Below are positions 49,810 through 61,892 of a stretch of 64,000 bases of DNA, piece by piece. The DNA is from Amphiscolops sp. MND2022 (lineage: Eukaryota). The notes beneath the pieces are model-generated. The model ran no database searches. It worked only from the letters and a program-made list of their open reading frames with translations, and was not told the origin of the DNA. Location: NCBI GenBank assembly GCA_964187785.1, contig OZ076412.1, positions 33,916,001 to 33,980,000 of the forward strand, read 5' to 3'. The translations under genes were made by a program, and so were the position numbers. Each line of letters opens with the position of its first letter. Position 1 is the stretch's first letter.

Positions 49810-52607
49810 TCAAAATTTTAGAGGTCTACTTATGTTTAGGCATATTGTCAGTGTTCCAATTTCCTTGGGTTCAGGGTTAAGGGGGGCACAAATCGTTTTG
49901 ACAGCAGTAGTTATCCAATTTCTAGAGTATATGTCAGTCTTCACTAGTAAGTCCGGGCGAATATCAGAGTAGAATCTGCACTGGTAAAGATAGTGACCTG
50001 GCGTTTCTGTTTCTTCTTGGCAAGTGCATAGAGGAAATTCGGCCATCCACATTCTCCAGGTGAGGTCATTTAGTTTTGTGTTGCAGTCTAGTAGCGTTGC
50101 GAAGAGGCATCTTTCTTCACATCTACTTGTATTTGGTGGAAAATCTATCGGTTTACCTTTGACCATTTTACCATTTGATGGGATTCCGTCTAGTGGTGTA
50201 GTTTTTCCTTAGTCCTTGTATCTTCAATCGAGGACATTTTCCAGGTAAAACCGACAGGAAACGTCGGAATATAATTTTGTATCGTTCGTTATTTTCTGGA
50301 ATTTGCGAAATAGTTGAACGTCATAGCGTATCGAATGTTAGTGTGAATTCAGAGCATTTACTGTGAGTAGGTCGTTTTGCTGTCGTGCTTTAGTCATGAA
50401 CTTCGCCGTTAGAAAGTCTGTTTGTATGTCGATAGGAACAATTCCACACAGTATTTCACTAATAAAAGTTTTCCAAAGATTTCTGGCCCAGACCTGGGAA
50501 GCGTAAGGCAGTTTTGGCAGAATGCGAACTTTATACAATCAGGTGAGTGATTTGCAATATAATCCCCAATTGTCCGCTGTGAAGCTTCTCAGCTTCCCGT
50601 TTTTTCCGGTAAATTTTCCCCTCCAGCACATCCATGTGGGATTTGAAGTTGAGGTGTTTTTCCACTACCAGGCCAACAATTTTGTGATTGGTCTTCGTTT
50701 CGCAAATATTTGACCCCGACATCGCTGGCGTCAGCTCATCGTTTTTGCAAATTATTGCCATGACAGACGTTTTGTCACAATTTACTTTCAACTTCGATTT
50801 ACTGCTCCATGCTTCAAGCTTGTTGAGAGTGTTTTGGCAATTTACAGATAGCGCTGTGTTTGGTGCTGTAACAAGAAGATTCCCATCGTCCACAAATTTG
50901 AATTTTTCACTGCATATTTTTAAACATACTCGTGACGAAGAAAGCGGAGAGGGGCGGAGAAATTACACTACCCTGAGGCAGTCCTACTGTTGTTCCAAAC
51001 CAGGGGCTTTTATAAGAATTTATCTCTATCGGAAGTGATCTATTTAGTAAGATATCTTCTACTAGAAGCAGCAACTTCCCCTTTACTCCACATGCATGTA
51101 CTATATGTAGCAGTCCTTCCAGCCATACCGAGTCGGAGGCATTCTCAAAATCAATCGACTCTAGGGCTCCGACTTGACGCTTTTCTTTGATTTGAAGGCA
51201 TTTTATTTTCAGGTTGTAGAGCATTTCGACTGTGGTTTTGTGTGCTTGAAACCCCTCTTGCTCTGGATCTAATACTTTTTTAATCCTGAAAAATTGCCGA
51301 AGACGCACTTCTATTAGCCTTTCTGCTATTTTGCCAAAATAGCTAGAAATCGTTATGGGCCTAAATGATGCCGGATCGCTGTAACTTTTTTCTTGTTTCC
51401 TGAGAAATATCACTTTCGATCACTCCAGGGCCAGCTTTCTTCTTTTAGGCTTCTGTTGATCACTGCTAGCAGAATTGTACGAAGACACAAACCAATATTT
51501 TTCCATTTTCGGATGGAATCCATCATCTTCCAATGCTTTGTTAGTTGTTTTTATGTTTTTCGGGATGTAATTCAATTCCGGTAAACTGAAATCCTGGTCG
51601 TACCTCGAAGCTGTCTGTTCTGTGTTTCTTTCTTCCAAGCTAGCCTTCTTCAAAGCACTTTCGATATCGTTGGAATGTTGGTTATCGAAGGTTGCGCCCT
51701 CCAGGTGTTTTTCAGTGAAAATTGTCTGCTGCAGGGTCGACGACTTGACGTGGTTTTCGAAAATGAGTTATCCTTCTTTGAGTAAAGGTGCAACGCAGAC
51801 ATTTTTTTGGAAAAGTTTTGCAGTGGATTTCCAGAATTCTTGTTTTTTATTGTTCAGATCATCGAGTTTTTTCCTTAATCATTCATTTGAATTTTACTGA
51901 GGGTGTCTTTGAACTCCTTTTGCTTCCAATTTAGCTCTCCAAGGTTGAAAGAAGTGTCACGATAATTTCTCTTTGCCGCTCGCAGGGCAAGTCGCAGCTC
52001 CAAAAAGGTTTTGAGTGTTTGCAGACTTTCTTCATTGTTATGCATTCCAGGCAAACTTCCGTTAGTATACGGTCAGTCGTTCCCATAGGCTATTTGCGTT
52101 TTCTTCCTCGGGTATGCCAGTTTGGAATTCTTGTATTTGGTCCAGTTTGTTTTACCTAAGTTTGGTAGTTCTTTCGTCTGGTTCAGAGTCGAGTTTCAAC
52201 AGAAGTGGAGCCAAACAGGAGTGTGTTGATGAACAGGAGCTCTTGTGAAAAGTTCTATGTCTTCATCAATTAGTTCGAGTACAATTTTTTGTTTGATTTT
52301 TTGGGAGGCTATGAAAAGATCGATCACGGTGGTGCCGTTTATTGAGCGGAAAGTTCCGAGACCAGAGTTTAATACGGTCAAATTAACTTCTGAGTCATTT
52401 AAAATATTTATCAAAAGATCCTCCGCAACCTTGAGTACCACAGTAACTGATGCAGTTGTAGTCTTTGAACTCATTTTTTGATAAGGTGCGATGTGTCTCC
52501 GTTTCAGTTACCACTAATGGTTTATAGTCGGATAAATACTCCTCTAAGGCCAGTTTGCTGTGAGTGCTCAGTCCGGCAATGTTTACTTAGAATATTTCAC
52601 TAGTCAT
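49810..52607 (-). pseudogene. LINE ORF2 (APE endonuclease - reverse transcriptase - CCHC), disrupted
   Basis: APE: NIAGLS..VVTET and LNSGLGTF..TVIDLFIAS..HTPV. RT: SFRPITISSYFGKIAERLI, QEGF, IDFENASDSVW, GLPQGSVISP, FVDD, LKVNCDKT. C-terminus: CTC..ETPGHYLYQC. The ATG at 52607-52605 overlaps the ORF1 TGA. Confidence 0.88.
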
Positions 52608-53560
52608 GGGGTCATTTCGTTAAGTTTCTCTTCCAGGTTCTTCGGTAGTGGCATGTTCCTGCTCCTGTATAATTTTTCTGCTGTTTTGAGACAATGTGGG
52701 CATTCTCGAGATGGAGCGTGACGCTTTTCGCCACAATTTGCTAATTTCATCTTTGTATCTTTTTTGCAGTCGCTTGTACGATGTTTTTTCGCGCATTTGT
52801 CACATTTAACTTCGTTTCTGCGTGTATTTGCAAAATGCGCGAACTTTTGATATTTGTAACAACGGATCACCTGTAATTCATCTTGTTTGAACTCGATTGG
52901 TGGTCGAAGGTATTGCTGTTGAATGAACAGGCCGTTTGTGAGTGCTTTGGTTTTCTGTTCGAGGGTGTTGAAGTCGATTTTCACAGTGCTCAGTACTTTT
53001 CCATCTTTTTTACAAATCTCTTTGCAGCTTTCATTTATCTGTCTCTTGACTTCTTGTATTTTCTTCTCTTCCAATTCAGGGTCGATGTCTCAGCAAAACT
53101 GCTTGAACTTCATTCGAACCTCGAGGATTATGGACTGATGTGTTGTCGCCGAAAAGTCCTCCTAGGCATCAGATATTTCAGTTGCCTCTTCTTGACTACC
53201 ATACTCCAGGTGTATCTGGCCTCTACTCTTACGAAAAGCGTGCAGTAGTTTTCGGTGTGGGAAATGTCCAGCAATTTCTTTTTCAATGTTGATGCTGTTC
53301 GTGAACTTCATCTTATCGGCGTTTTCTACCAACAAACTTTGGTTTGGAGAACGAGTGTCATGGTGCATATTCTGGTGACTCAAAGTGTTCGACTGTGTTT
53401 CATAGTTCAGGGCTTTTTTAACCATCCCGAGCATTCGAACGTTTTTTTGTTCAGTTCAGCGATTTCAGGTTTTGCTTTTATAATTGTTGCCTTACATGCT
53501 GAGCAGGCCTCTTCCAAGTCGGCGAGTTTCTTAGTTATGTCTACTAATGAATTTTAATTT
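52604..53560 (-). pseudogene. LINE ORF1 (Gag-like nucleic-acid-binding protein), frameshifted
   Basis: VIRCYKYQKFAHFANT..CDKCAKKHRTSDC..NCGEKRHAPSRECP is the triple zinc knuckle of I/Jockey-type ORF1. Upstream pieces are at 53162-53434. The 5' boundary is approximate. Confidence 0.8.
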
Positions 53561-56500
53561 TTGTTTATACTCTCGGCTATCATGTCTTTAACGGTGGCAT
53601 ATGATGATTTAAGATTTGATGTTGGCTAATCTTGACGTAACCAATACCTCGATCATTGGGTGACAGGAAGAGCAGAACCGCACAGGTGTGGGTGAACTTT
53701 TCGCAAGCCTCGCAACAAATTGAAGGCTCATTGCCAATCAGTTTGGAACAGCTACTGCAAATTCTGGTTTTGTTGGTTTTCCTTTTGGATCGATCAGCTA
53801 TACTGCTGAGCGTCTCTCAAGACCTCTACTTTAGTCATTATGAAATCCTCAATGTTTTTGAACTGAAATCTCGTATAAGGGTATTTGCTGGTTTGAAGTG
53901 TGTCGAACTCGGCAGTCCCAAAATTTCGTGTTGGTTTTCGAAAGCTGCTAACTGTTCAGATGTTTTTTTATTTCAGTACTTCTTCCACTTCTGCGTCTGA
54001 TCAGCAACGCCACAGACATACCTTAAGTCATTGATTTCAAACAAGTTATTTTGTAGATATTGGATCATGACAGTATCGATTGGTAATCAGCGCTTTCTGT
54101 AAGGTAATGGGCCCGACTATTACAGTGACTAGTTTTCTCCGTAAAAGCACAGAATGTATGCGAATAGTACTTTCTCAATAGAAACTTTTGAACAGTTTTA
54201 AAAACCTGAATTTGAGCTCCAGTAGTCATGCAAACTTCCTAAGGAGACGGCTGTCGGTTCGATGGCTATGACTAAATATCTTTGTTTGCAAACAGTTGAC
54301 GTGTCAAAGGTCATTCCTTGGGTTTTACGGCACCGTGCGACGTTTTTTGGGAAAAACCCATCGAATTGGTTTTTTTCAGTGGTTTCTTTTGAAAGAAAAT
54401 CGTTTTTCGAGACCGCAGTTACGGAAATTTCTTAAAAGCCACCCTGAGCTTTTTAATAAGGCTTCGAGCTTTTTGAGCCTTGAGCTGAGGGCCGATTATA
54501 TTCCCGTTTTCTTTGTCCATAGTTCCATATAGTAATGAGAATTTATGTGAATTATTTCCTCTTTTTCCCTTGCATAAAGTTTTGAACCCAATTGAGGAAA
54601 GTCTTCCACAGATAGCATTTGCCTTAAATATTGTAGTATATGTATATGTAATTGTAGAGATATCTGAACGTTTTGTAAAACAATAATTCTGAGCTTTTTT
54701 ATTGTTGAGAATTAGAACATCCACGAAAATCTAGAAGTGAAAACCGAAGGTTTAATGGAAAGATTTTAACGTGACACCATAACTAAAGAAAGTTACAACC
54801 AAAAGTTCGAAGACAAAACATTTCATTAACGAATATTTGAATAGAGCAATCCGAAGTTTGTGTTTCAAAAAAAACTCGAAAAGCCCATAATAAAAAAACT
54901 AGAAGAGGAAACCGAAGTTTTTAATGGAAAAAGTTTAACGTGACACTAAAACTATCGAAACTTCCAACCTTTTCATATTTTTTTCTCTGGAAGTTTTGTA
55001 CAGTTTTTGATAGGTGTGAAAAATTTTCACCGAGTCCAACGACGAAATATTCAGCTATCTATGACATACATAACTTCTATCTTCTAACTTTTAGAAGAAA
55101 TCAGACGTTTTTTTTCCAAAATTTGCCCCCCGGATGCCCCTGAACGTTTTTTTTCCATATTTCGACCGTGTTAGGTTGTTTTTGTAGAGTTTTTGAACGT
55201 TTGCTGGGTGTGAACATGCACAGAGTTCGAAGACAAAACCTTTTGTTAACAATTTTTTGAATAGAGAAGTCCGAAGTTTGTGTTCCAAGAAAAACCAAAA
55301 GCCCATATAGAAAATTGCCAATAACCCACGATCTTCGGCGATGATAAGCAATTTCTTTACAGTAATTGGATGTTCTGGATGTTCTGTAGTGCACTTGGAT
55401 GACAAAGCTACCAACTTGGCATAATTTTTAGTTGGTAAATCCGTTTATCATTTAAAAAGCTTCAAAGTGCTGAAGGTTCAATTGCTGAAAAAAGTATATA
55501 TCTTATTGCAGCAGCAAAACGGAATGATTTTTTGCTGAAGTCGCCATTGTCTTATACTTCTGTTGATTGGTTTTCTCAGACAGAATTTGCGCTAACCATA
55601 CCAACCACCTTGCTAACGGCTTTATTGTCTTGTTTGATCTAATGTGTTTAGTAATCCATTGAAAGACCTGATTGACCGTAAAATCTTTCATGATGATAAG
55701 CCGTAAAGTGATCGTCAGAGAAGTCTAGACGCTAAAATTACCGCTAATAAACACTTTTAATGCGGCTGTAAGTGCTATGTTCGATATACATCTTGTAAAT
55801 GCGGATAGTTTGAGTATGCGGTCTATGTTTTAGCCATTATGAAATCCTCAATGTTTTTGAACTGGAATATTGTATAAGGGTATTTGCTGAATTGAAGTGC
55901 GCCGAACTCGGTAGTCCCAAAATTTTGTGTTGGTTTTCGAATGCTGCTAACTGTTCAGATGTTTTTTTCTAAAAATCGTTAAAAATCATCTATCTGCTGA
56001 TTTCCTTTTTTTATATCGAATAATCATTGCACACAGAATTTACCGCTTTTTGAGACTTGAGACGTTAACGTCTTGTTTTTTTTTAAAATCAAACTCGAGT
56101 CATTTGATAACACCAATCAACTGTAATCACCAAATGAAGTTATTCTGGAAAAATATTTTTTATTCCCGATACAATAATTTTGCAGTGTCTACGCAGTCGA
56201 GGACAGCGTTGTCAAGACAAGAATCCTCTGAAGCAGCGTTAACTGGGAAGTAATTTGTTAGCGGGGGTTCTACTGTACGTTGCTTGAAATCGAAATAAGA
56301 TTCATGTTTGTATGAAACTGACTTGCGCTGCAATCGAAAGCCTTTTCGAACTGATTTATAAATCATCTCATGGGATTCATAATTGAATGAGTCTTCACGA
56401 TGTGTATCTAACAAACCGAGTCGTTAGTTATCTTCGTTTTTTTCTGATAACGGATTTTTGAATTAAACGTTGTTACTCGTGCAATTGGCGAAGCTACTGT

Positions 56501-58399
56501 CTTTCCATAGTGTACAGATGCTGTTAAATCAGGCATTATTAGATTATGGGGGTTGGAGGCGGATCTTAGATAGTTGGATCCCTTCAACTAGTTAAATTTG
56601 AATCTTCCGACTTGGAGTTAGATTTCTTCAAACTGAAATTGGACGCGTCTGCTGTTATTGTGAATTGGGAGCGTGCCAAAACTGTCACTAATTCCTTTAT
56701 AATCATTTCCTGCTACAATGCAATGCCGAGAATCAAACATTGATTTCATCACATTAACTACTGTAAATAGAAAAAACTCACTGTACTCTCACAATCTCGG
56801 ACAGAAGCTGTCTCCATTTTCCTTACAATTTTCACCCTTGTTTTTGTCAAAGACACTCTGAAGTGCTCATTTTTCCTCTGTTATACGAGCGTGGAAAGTG
56901 AATGTCAATGTCACGAAGTGGTGATGTAGATAATCGAGGCTAACGTGGACTCTGAATTGAAGAAAAACGTATTGTATTAATTAGATTTTCAACCGACAGA
57001 TTTTGATTGCTTCTCATCAATAAAGTGGTACTAGCTGTTGTCATTGAAATACGTGAAAGAAGATTGAAGAAACAGAGAAGACACGACAGTGATGTTTGCA
57101 GCCCGGGAAATAATCCATTAACACAATCAATAGACTCAACATTTTATGGCTTGGGCATTGCTAGCCTCCAAAAATGGATTAAATTTACGCGGCTCCCCCA
57201 CAGTGCGTCACCTTCGCTCCATTAGCAGCAGCAATCAACAGAGGGGCTCTGACAAATTTTAGGTTTAATCAATAAGCGATTTTCACGTTGCTTTCTTCAA
57301 AAAGCCCTCGTTGTGAAATAGAAAATTGGTTTTTATGTTACGTAAAAACTTCACCATGTACGAAACCGCTGCATTTCAGGTTTTCAATTCTCTGCATTTG
57401 TTCTCAAGTGACTTTTTTGGCAACTGAACAACTAAATCGAATTTTTTTTCTCTCTTGATTGTTCTCATTTTTTGCTTTTGTGCAAGTCCCGTGTGAGATG
57501 TTTCTTGATGCATTATAAACACATACAGTAGTCTTCTGTTGCTTTGCGCTTTTGCTTTTAATAATCTTGGATCCACCTCAATTCAGCAGTCAAAAACAGT
57601 CTTTGAGCCCCGTTGCGAATACACCGTAAAAGTTGTTGGTGCCTCCTGCCTTTATTACAATCAATTGCGTGGCTATTCATTCAATTGATATGTATACTTC
57701 ATAGCTTGTGACGTAGGTAGTCTCAACACGTAGCATTAGAACTAGTGTCCTGCAGCCTATGCCCTTTCTACATTAGTATGCGCGGACAATCTTTTGTGTG
57801 CTTTGTATCAGTGGAGGCATGAGTACCGTCTTATCTGAAATACCTTTCAACGGACTGAACAGCTAACCTAACATAAAGGAACATAGCGTTTGACTTCTGT
57901 GGCACCGTTACTTCGTTGTTCTCTTTTCTGACAGAACGTTTCTTTACTCAACAGATCTTTTCTCAAAATTTTCTATTACCGATTATATGCTTCGATGTAT
58001 TGCTTTTGTTCAGTTGAATTATTAACGGACAAAGTGCCTAAATTTTCTAAATTTGTTTATACGTTTTCAGTCTATCTAACAGTTACATTATCGACGACTG
58101 TCTCACGAATTTAGCTTGATATCCACAAGCTATTCTTAAATTATTGCTATCAACAAGGTTAATTAAGCATGTTGAATTCGGTTAATATATGTGTCCAATA
58201 ATATGAATCTTGTGAAACCCAGTCCTGAATATTTTAACTATAAAGTTAGAACTTATGCCCAAGTCACCTGTCTACTGTTGAAGAGAATGTAATAGAAATG
58301 TCATTCACCAAGGTTTCGCTTTTCAGATGTTTTTCTGAATCAGAGGTAATGTTAAGTTAAATTATTTGGATGAAATGATAGATACGAAAAATTATTCAT

Positions 58400-60910
58400 G
58401 CAAATAACTATCAGTCTAAAACATCCAAAAAGGAAAAGGAATGAGCATGCATGCTCTTCCAGTCCTTGCCCCGAGAATCAACTATGGCGAATTGAATAAT
58501 TTTTTTGAACCTTGGAAAATAATGTGTAGCGGTGTTTGTTATCAACAATATATAAAATAGTGAGATTTTTTTGTATATTTACGCAATTGAACCTTACTGA
58601 AAAATTAAATATTGTCCGGGAGTAAGTCCATCCACTTCGGCCAATTGAATTCTTTTCGCAAAGTGTTTTTTAATGATTTCCTTTTTACTACAGTTCTGCA
58701 ATAAGGTTGAACAAAAGAGTCCTTTTTGGCTCCAGCGAGTTGTCTGGTTTGTTCTTCTCTGCAATTATCAGCTAAAAACTATTGTGATGTCTCACTACGT
58801 AGTTGTTTGAACAATTCCTTGACAAGCTCTTCCATGTGAAGTTCAAAAACTGGTAGCACTTTATTCTCTAATAACAGTTGCAATGGATTTAAATCGCCTT
58901 TTTAAAACATAGCTCGGATAATTCTTCGCGGTGCGTTTTCATTTTTTTACAAATTCGTTTTTAGCTGCTGAGCCATAGACTAAGATAGGAAATGATTGAC
59001 CTGGCAAACGAAATTTAGAGCCTGAGAAGACATTTCCTGGGATACAAGTCTCTGGCACGGTAAATTAAACCACAAAATTTTTTGAGTTTCTTCACAACGT
59101 AGTTTATGAGTTCCCCGAAGCTGATAAGTCTATCTAGACGTAGACCAAAGTATTTACATCAAGATTTGTAACATAGTTCTTCATTTAGAATGTGTTTTCG
59201 GCAATCCGCAGCCAAATGAAGTTGGTTCGCATTTAGGTATATTAACTGTGTTTGCTAGCTGTGGACCGATCAGTGATTCTATGGAGATCGTCATTGATTT
59301 TCCGGTCAGTATTTTTTCGAGACGTCACAAAAGTACATTACTATTTGGCTGTCCTTCACAACTTTTCGGAGGTGATTGATGTAACGTAGGAAAAGGAAGG
59401 AGCCTAGCTCTTTGCCCTGTGGAACGCCAGTTTATTGAATTGATTACAGTTTTCACAAACAAGTTGGTACCGGTCACTGAGATACTCCCGGAGTATTTCT
59501 AAAATTGTTCCTCCGAATCCATATTTCTCCAATTTGATCTTTAGAAATTCATGGTCAAGTGTTTCAAACGCTTTCTGGAAGTCAATAAAGCAAGCTTGTC
59601 CTCTAATCTTTTTCTCAATTTCATTTCTCATGATGTCACAGAGCTGATAGCGTCGATGCATGATCTTTTCTCTCTGAAACCTTATTGGATATGTGATAAA
59701 ATATTCTTTCTTATCTTGCAAAATCTGACCATACGTTTGTGCGAAAGTTTCTCGAAGACCTTTCCTAATGAACCCTAAAGACTTATTGGTCGGTAATTGG
59801 ATGGATCTTTTTTAACGCGTTTTTTGTGTTGAGGAATGACTTGCAGTTTTGAAACACTTCTGGCATGTTTTGTCTTGAATGCATTCGTTGAAAGCATTTG
59901 CAATATAGTTTTCAACAATGGGAGAGCATTTGTTTGATGAACAACCATTGTTTTCTCTAACTTGTCAATATCCGTTTCAACTTGGATTTCAGGCATATTC
60001 GAACCTGTATTTGCAAAATATTCATTCATGACTTCAAAGTCAGGAAGATTTGAAACATGTTGTTGCCGTTTCTTGGTGGCTAATGTTCTGTAAATGGTTG
60101 TGGAATCCGGATTCTCGCCTAATTTTTTTGAAATTAACACTTGTTTTGGCTTCGCGTATCATGTGTGACTTTATTTTGTCATGATTTATATTTTTTTCTA
60201 GTCATCACATGGATTTTCAATCCACTTTTGATACAGTTGGTCTCGTTTAAACAGTGCATTTTTATCGAATGTGTTATCCATTGATTATCATTATTATGAT
60301 AAATCGGTTGTTCCGGGGCAAACTTATCGACAAATTCCATTAATTAGACATTTTAGCAATGAAGTCATCAGCGGGGGAGTCCAAATATATTCTCCTAATC
60401 TTCTGATCGCGGAGAAATAGAATCTTCAACGTTCCTTCCCTTCAATTATTTTCAATTTTCCCGCGAAATCTTTCTCACTGGTCTTTGTCATCCGGTCTTC
60501 GGAAATTTTGCTAATACTCCGTAGTGGTCACAAATTGTTGTTTTAATTGTTCATGTCAGAATGTCATTCTGTGATATCATATGATCAATACAAGTTTTAG
60601 ACTTAGGTGTGACTCGCGTTGGCTGGAAGTTTCTTAGTTGGAAAACTTGAGCACTGATACATAATTTTTATGATCACAGTCTTTTTTCCGAGTATCCATA
60701 TTGAAATCTCCAAAAAAGATCGATTCATGATTGAAAAAGTTTAAAAAATGCAAAACTCCTACAAATTTTGGTAGAAATTGGGTCAATCTCATTGTCTCTG
60801 GTCTTTAGACAACGCAAACTAGCTGTACATCGTCATCATTGAGTTGTTTCTCCAAAAGTTTGCATTCCATGTTGGTGGCAAGTGACACAGGCCTAAACTC
60901 GATACCATTT
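58400..60910 (-). mobile_element. Degenerate CR1/L2-group LINE (APE + RT), 5' part lost
   Basis: APE: IFFGDFNMD (~60695-60720), QPTRVTPKSKTCIDHMIS (~60570-60625), CDHY. RT: KDPSNYRPISL, ACFIDFQKAFETLDHEFLKIKLEKYGFGG, CKYFGLRLD. The 3' boundary is approximate. Confidence 0.85.
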
Positions 60911-60912
60911 TT

Positions 60913-61347
60913 AGTCGGCGCATTTTAGAAGAAAATGAGCCCGACTATTACAGTGGCTAGTTTTTTTTCGTCAGATAACAGAATGTATGCGTACTGGACT
61001 TTTTTTACAGAACTACTAAAATACTGGATCGGCAAACGAGGAGTGCATTTAAGATAGTGCAAAGGGTCCCCCCTTTCAGTAACTCCATTTTTATCGTAAG
61101 ATACAAAGCCGGACGACACTATAGGGTCCCCCTTTGGGGTTTTTTCCGGCACTGTGCGACTTTTTTTCGAAATTTTTTTTTGCATCCAAAGGGTCCCCCT
61201 TCGAATTTTTCGATATTTTACAGCAAACTGAAGTTTCGAAAAGCCCAAAGGGTCTCCCCTTTCAAGTTTTTCGGCACTATGAGACTGGCTCAAAATTCTT
61301 ATTCTTCGATTTTTCGTTTTTTTTTCGAAAATTTTTTAATGTCTCCA
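60913..61347 (+). mobile_element. 3'-truncated DINE-1/HINE-like element related to the one in the array monomer
   Basis: Follows a T-run. It has the subTIR AGTCGGCGC (60913-60921), an inner inverted repeat GCCCGACT (60939-60946), then ATTACAGTGGCTAG..GAATGTATGCG as in the monomer. Internal reiterated (CAA)AGGGTC(C/T)CCC units lie near 61060, 61122, 61187 and 61246. No 3' subTIR or hairpin is visible. Confidence 0.7.
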
Positions 61348-61892
61348 AGATTTTTGGAATTACGGTAGCTTTAACAATACATAAGATTGCTCCACTACCA
61401 CTCAATTAAACCCGTAGGTACCATGCACGAGACAAGGACTGGCTGAGTATCTACATAAATTTATATTAACTTCAACCGCAAAGAAGAATCAATACAATTG
61501 AAGACGGTGGGAGTAAGTGTGACTAAGAAATCACGTTCTTTGACTATCTTTGCTATCAGGTCTCTTTCTCGGGGGTTTGTCTCGCTACTCTTAGGCTGTT
61601 AAAAATACGAGGGGGTCTTTTCACGAATGAAAAGAGCAGTTGAACATCAATTAATACAAAATAATATAAGACGATTAATAGACACAAACACAATTTCACA
61701 ACCACGAATAATAGAATGTACTATGAGGTAACATCGATAAATACGGTGAATATTACAGCTAATACTAGAAGGCATATAACACAGGCAATTAATAAGCAAG
61801 GCTCTAGCAAGGTGTTGATTTTGGTTATCCGTGAGGATAGGGAGTGATATCAGTAATATATCGAATAAAGCAACTCGCCGCAAATCTCTATC

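Larger units (their letters stand above)
49685..53829 (-). mobile_element. Degenerate near-full-length non-LTR retrotransposon (I/Jockey group) inserted in the array
   Basis: ORF1 has three decayed CCHC knuckles. ORF2 has APE endonuclease, RT and C-terminal CCHC motifs. The 3' tail is short ATCAGAT-like repeats near 49685-49725. Array sequence resumes on both sides. There are many stops and frameshifts. Confidence 0.88.
1..56030. repeat. Macrosatellite-like tandem array, monomer ~1.6-2.0 kb, about 20+ copies, open at the left window edge
   Basis: The anchor GCACAGAGTTCGAAGACAAAACC or close variants recurs near 1750, 3449, 5746, 8655, 10446, 13500, 15287, 16863, 19582, 22479, 24630, 26865, 34835, 36778, 38721, 40625, 42378, 44120, 48889 and 55219. 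The first period is 1778 bp (1 vs 1779). Identical short ORFs recur (823/2601/4822; 28275/36248/38193; 41508/43252). Similarity ends near 56030. Confidence 0.97.

Noticed and set aside
177..55691. Dozens of recurring 60-120-aa ORFs in the array as a multigene family
   Set aside because: They recur only because the DNA is repeated. Homopolymer indels open and close them between copies, they occur on both strands, and many start at non-ATG codons.
1..56030. rDNA, 5S, snRNA, tRNA or histone tandem gene cluster
   Set aside because: I recognised no such gene in the monomer, and large deletions remove different parts of it in different copies.
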